From positions 17,298,001 to 17,362,000 of the forward strand of contig OZ024753.1 of assembly GCA_964016885.1 (NCBI GenBank): DNA of 64,000 nt, written 5' to 3'. Shown here piece by piece: positions 59,951 to 64,000 of the stretch; the stretch's first letter is position 1, and each line of letters starts with the position of its first letter. A program made the position numbers and the translations under genes. A model generated the notes under the pieces. The model was not told the origin of the DNA. It searched no databases and was given only the letters and a program-made list of their open reading frames with translations. The DNA comes from Eledone cirrhosa. Lineage: Eukaryota.

Positions 59951-61131
59951 TGAATTTTTGGTGCTGGTACCAAAGGAAGCATTCAATGCACAAGCAGAGT
60001 GTATATATTTCGGTAAATTCATTACATATTAATTCGTAACAGGAAATCTAAAAAGAACCATTTTGATACGATACTGCTGGAGTGTGTCTATTAATAATGA
60101 AAATAATTAAATCACTTTGGTTGCTTATTTCTTGAGAAGATATTTAATAAAATAATTATCTTCTTCATTATTGTGTTGCTGGGATTGGGAGTAGAATCGG
60201 TAGAGCGACACACATCATGCTTTGCCGTATAGAGTAGCGGTTCTTTACGTTCTGGGTTCAAATCCCGCCGAGGTTAACTTTGCATTTCATCTATACTTGG
60301 TCGATAAAATACCAGTAACGCACTAGGGTCCATTTAATCGACTCCATCCCCTAAATAAATTGTTGGCCTCGTGTCTGAATCAGATGCCATTATTGTATTG
60401 CTGTTTAAGGCGGTGGATTGGCAGTATCGGTAGAGGGTCGGATGCCATGCTTTGACGCATGGGGTTACGGCCCTTGCCATTCTGAGTTCAAATCCCGCCG
60501 AGGTTAACTTTGCCTTTCATCCTTACGGGGTCGATAAAATAAAGTACCAGTAATGCACTGGGTAATTGCTGGCCTTGTGCCTAACGTAGAAAGAATTATT
60601 GTATTGCTGTTTAGAATATAACAACAAATTCGGACATAAAATTGTGTTGTAAGTGTTTGATATGATTATAAACAGTTTAACACGAATAGTTTTGTATGAT
60701 AGAATTGGAGGCAGGTTCTGGCGGGTTGTTATCAATAAGGTCACAGATAAAAGAAGATAAACATAAAGAGATATTTGACTTCTGCTTTCTCGTTATATTT
60801 TATATACGGAACTAATCGTACTGAAATGTGAGCTAAGATTGAACATAGTTTCTCAAGTTACCTTCCAGTAGGAGAAAGCTTTAGAAGACGAAACCTTTCA
60901 GTTGAAGCCGGCTGGTTTCACTATAATAGCAAGATGGAACCTGATATACCATTATTTTGGCATGGGCAGAGTTCAAAGGAATAAGGAAAGAGAGAAGAGA
61001 GGAGAAGTAGATGTGATAGAAAATGGAGAGAGAAGAATCAGCTAAAGAGAAAGGAAAATAACAGAGATAGAGAGGGGGCAGAGAGAGGAGAGAGAGGGGC
61101 AGAGAGAGAGAGCGAGAGAAAGAGAGAGAGC

Positions 61132-61195
<64 letters not shown>

Positions 61196-61352
61196 AGAGT
61201 GAGAGACAGACAGAAAGAAAGAAGGAAAGAGAAGAAAGAAAAACAGAGAGAAAGTGAGAGAGAAGAGAGAACTAGAAAGAGAAGGAGAGATGGAAAGAAA
61301 GAAACAAAGAGGGAGAAGAGAGAGAAACAGATAGAGAGAAAGAGAATGGGGC

Positions 61353-61391
<39 letters not shown>

Positions 61392-62332
61392 TTTAATACC
61401 TAGAAAATAGTTGCAGATAGATCGATAGAAATAGAGAGATATAGTGAGAGAGAGTGAGAGAGAGAGATAGAGAGAGTTTATGTGTGAGTGTGTGTGTGAG
61501 CGTGTGAGTGTGTGTGTGTGAGTGTGTGATGTGTATGGGAGTGTGTGTGTGTGAGTGTTTGAGTCTGTGCGTGTGTGTTGGGTGTGTTTGTGAGTGTGTG
61601 TGTGATTGTGTGTGTGTGTGTATGTGTGTTTCTAAGGGTCGAAGCTGCTCGGTTAATGTTTAGTAAAGTATGTGTGTGAGCGAGTATGTGTGTGTGTGTG
61701 TGAGCGTGTCTGTCTGTGTGTGTGTGAGTGAGTTTGTGTGAGTGGGTGTGTAGTGTGTGAGTATGTGTGTATATATGTATACGTATGTATGTATGTATGT
61801 ATGTATGTATGTATGTATGTATGTATGAGAGATGACCCCTTAGCCTTTGTCAAGGCAGAATTCTAGGAGAAGGAAAACTCTGATATAACACCTGCAACTC
61901 TGATGGTATCCAATGATGTTGACTTGTTCTTCTTTTTGGTAAATATTATCTTGGTTAAGAGAGTGGGACTGGCTTTGTGCATTGCCTTTGCTCACTATAA
62001 AAGCTTCACGGCACAGGCATTGCTTTATATCTGGAGATCTCTCTGCACTTGTCGTTACATGGTACCATGGGCCCTGCACTGTGTCAATAATTGTCATAAG
62101 TGTAGTGTTTGTACCAGAGTTTTCAAGTCGCTGGCTGGACTTAAAAGTCACACTCGTTCAGCGCATCGGTAGGGGTTCTCCTACATGGATATAAAGTAGT
62201 GGCCGTACTCGAAAATGAGTTGGCAGCCACCATGTATGTATGTATGTAAAAGGAAAACAGAAATAATAACATAATCGGTACAGTATATGGAAGGTATATA
62301 TTAGGTTAACGCTTAATATAGCAGGAAGAGAG

Positions 62333-62368
62333 TCTTAACGTTTCGGACGCTAGTCCTTCATCAGAAGA
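62333..62368 (-). ncRNA. Minimal hammerhead motif
   Basis: Minus strand: TCTT CTGATGA aggac-tagc-gtcc GAAA CG TT AAGA. Confidence 0.65.
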
Positions 62369-62882
62369 AAGAATGAGAAATAAAATAGTTTAAGGGGACG
62401 GGCAGGATGGAATTGGAAAAAATGTCTTTAGATAAAAATAATAAGTCCATTCATTTTGACATCTCTTTATAATAGAAAAAAGCGAGGGGTTTCGTTTACA
62501 TATAAAATATATTTATTGAAAATATATAAAAATATTTATTGAAAAATAGAGCACCGCCTGGAAGATGACAGGAGAATGAAGGAATACATACAGAAGTCCC
62601 TACTGATCTGTAGAGAGTTAGACGTTCTTTTGGTGCTTTGGTAAAGACCCCACCTCCCCCTTCGTTCACGAATGACCATAGCATTTGCACCTTGAAAGTT
62701 CCCCTTCGAGGCCGACACAGCTTCACACCAGTGACATAACAACTTATTTCTACAGCCTAGTAAACTGGAGCAACTTGAAATAAATGTCTTGCTCAAGGAC
62801 ACAGCGTATCACCCGGTCTGAGAATCGAACTCACACCCTTCCGATTGCAAGTTCAATGCTCTAACCACTGAGGTATGCTTTA

Positions 62883-62913
<31 letters not shown>

Positions 62914-62983
62914 GACGCTATAGTCACTTATATATTATGGAATACTGTTGGCTTTTGCTACAATGTTTTCTATACCATTCATT

Positions 62984-63017
<34 letters not shown>

Positions 63018-63239
63018 ACGAAGGAAATGTGGTAAGGAACCAGGTGGACCATAACGCACCAAAGTACTCAATACTTAGGGTAGTAGAGTGGGTAATAGGA
63101 ACGTATAGGACCGTCGGGGTCCTACTCGTTCCTATATATATATATATTATTTTCCATTTTGACGTTGAAGTCACTTATATATTATGAAATACTATGGCTT
63201 CTTGCTCACATTAATTTCTATATTTTCATTTATATATAT

Positions 63240-63281
<42 letters not shown>

Positions 63282-63333
63282 AATACACACACACATATAT
63301 ATGTATATATACATATATACACACATATATACG

Positions 63334-63381
<48 letters not shown>

Positions 63382-64000
63382 AATATATACATATATATAT
63401 ATATATACACATATACATACATACGTGTATATATATTCATATAAAAACGATGGTTCTCGTTTTAATTACTTAATTGTGTGTTTACCTTCTGAAAAATGAA
63501 ACATTTCATTTGTGACGGAAGTGATCCCTTATCTGTAACACCCCCTTAACTACGGGAGATAAATGTAATAGTTAATAGAAAAATATAGGCTAACATAAGT
63601 GGCCCCTTTATTGAGGGGTTGATACACAGAGGTGGAGAAATTGAAAGAGGGGATATGGTGTGTAGCGGAAACGAGAAGGGGTGTGTCAGGAAGATTGACA
63701 GATATATAGATATCTTTCTTTATATGCCACAGGTTGTTAGATAGGTAGCTAGATAGATAGAAGGCAGCCATGTGTGTGTGTGTATGTGTGGGTATATGTG
63801 TGTGTGTACGTGTGGGTATGTGTGTGTGTGTATGTGTGGGTATGTGTGTGGATGTATGTGTGTATGTGTGTGGGTATGTGTGTGTGTATATATGTGTGTG
63901 TGTGTATGTGTGGATATGCGTGTGTGTATGTGTGTGGATATGTGTGTGTGTATGTGTGTGGGTATGTGTGTGTGGATATGTGTGTGTGTGTATGTGTGGG

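Noticed and set aside
60840-60990. Candidate next chordin exon
   Set aside because: No phase-1 frame resembling the CHRD4 start (P.PL.G..V.PPV...AAG.AW); the next exon probably lies beyond the window.

Overview
Eukaryotic animal genomic DNA, extremely rich in microsatellites and transposons. The repeat landscape suggests an octopod cephalopod, but that is inference. The window lies entirely inside one + strand gene. Four GT-AG exons (122-263, 45788-45897, 50050-50220, 57360-57516) splice in frame to 193 aa that align with the end of CHRD repeat 2 and all of CHRD repeat 3 of chordin/short gastrulation. One intron is about 45.5 kb. The introns hold a near-intact RTE LINE, R4/Dong-like RLE LINE 3' ends, Tx1/L1-like fragments, tRNA-derived SINEs, bipartite RTE-derived elements, a non-autonomous Helitron, pogo/Tigger-like MITEs, 50-bp and 75-bp minisatellites and long (TA)n tracts. 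The most striking unannotated signal is about 20 type-I hammerhead ribozyme motifs with intact cores, plus degenerate ones. They come from several unrelated short non-coding families, typically sit in (TA)n and are often arranged as inverted pairs, which fits a non-autonomous Penelope-like/retrozyme population. Nearly all ORFs in the supplied track are microsatellite artefacts. All calls were made by eye, and repeat boundaries are approximate.
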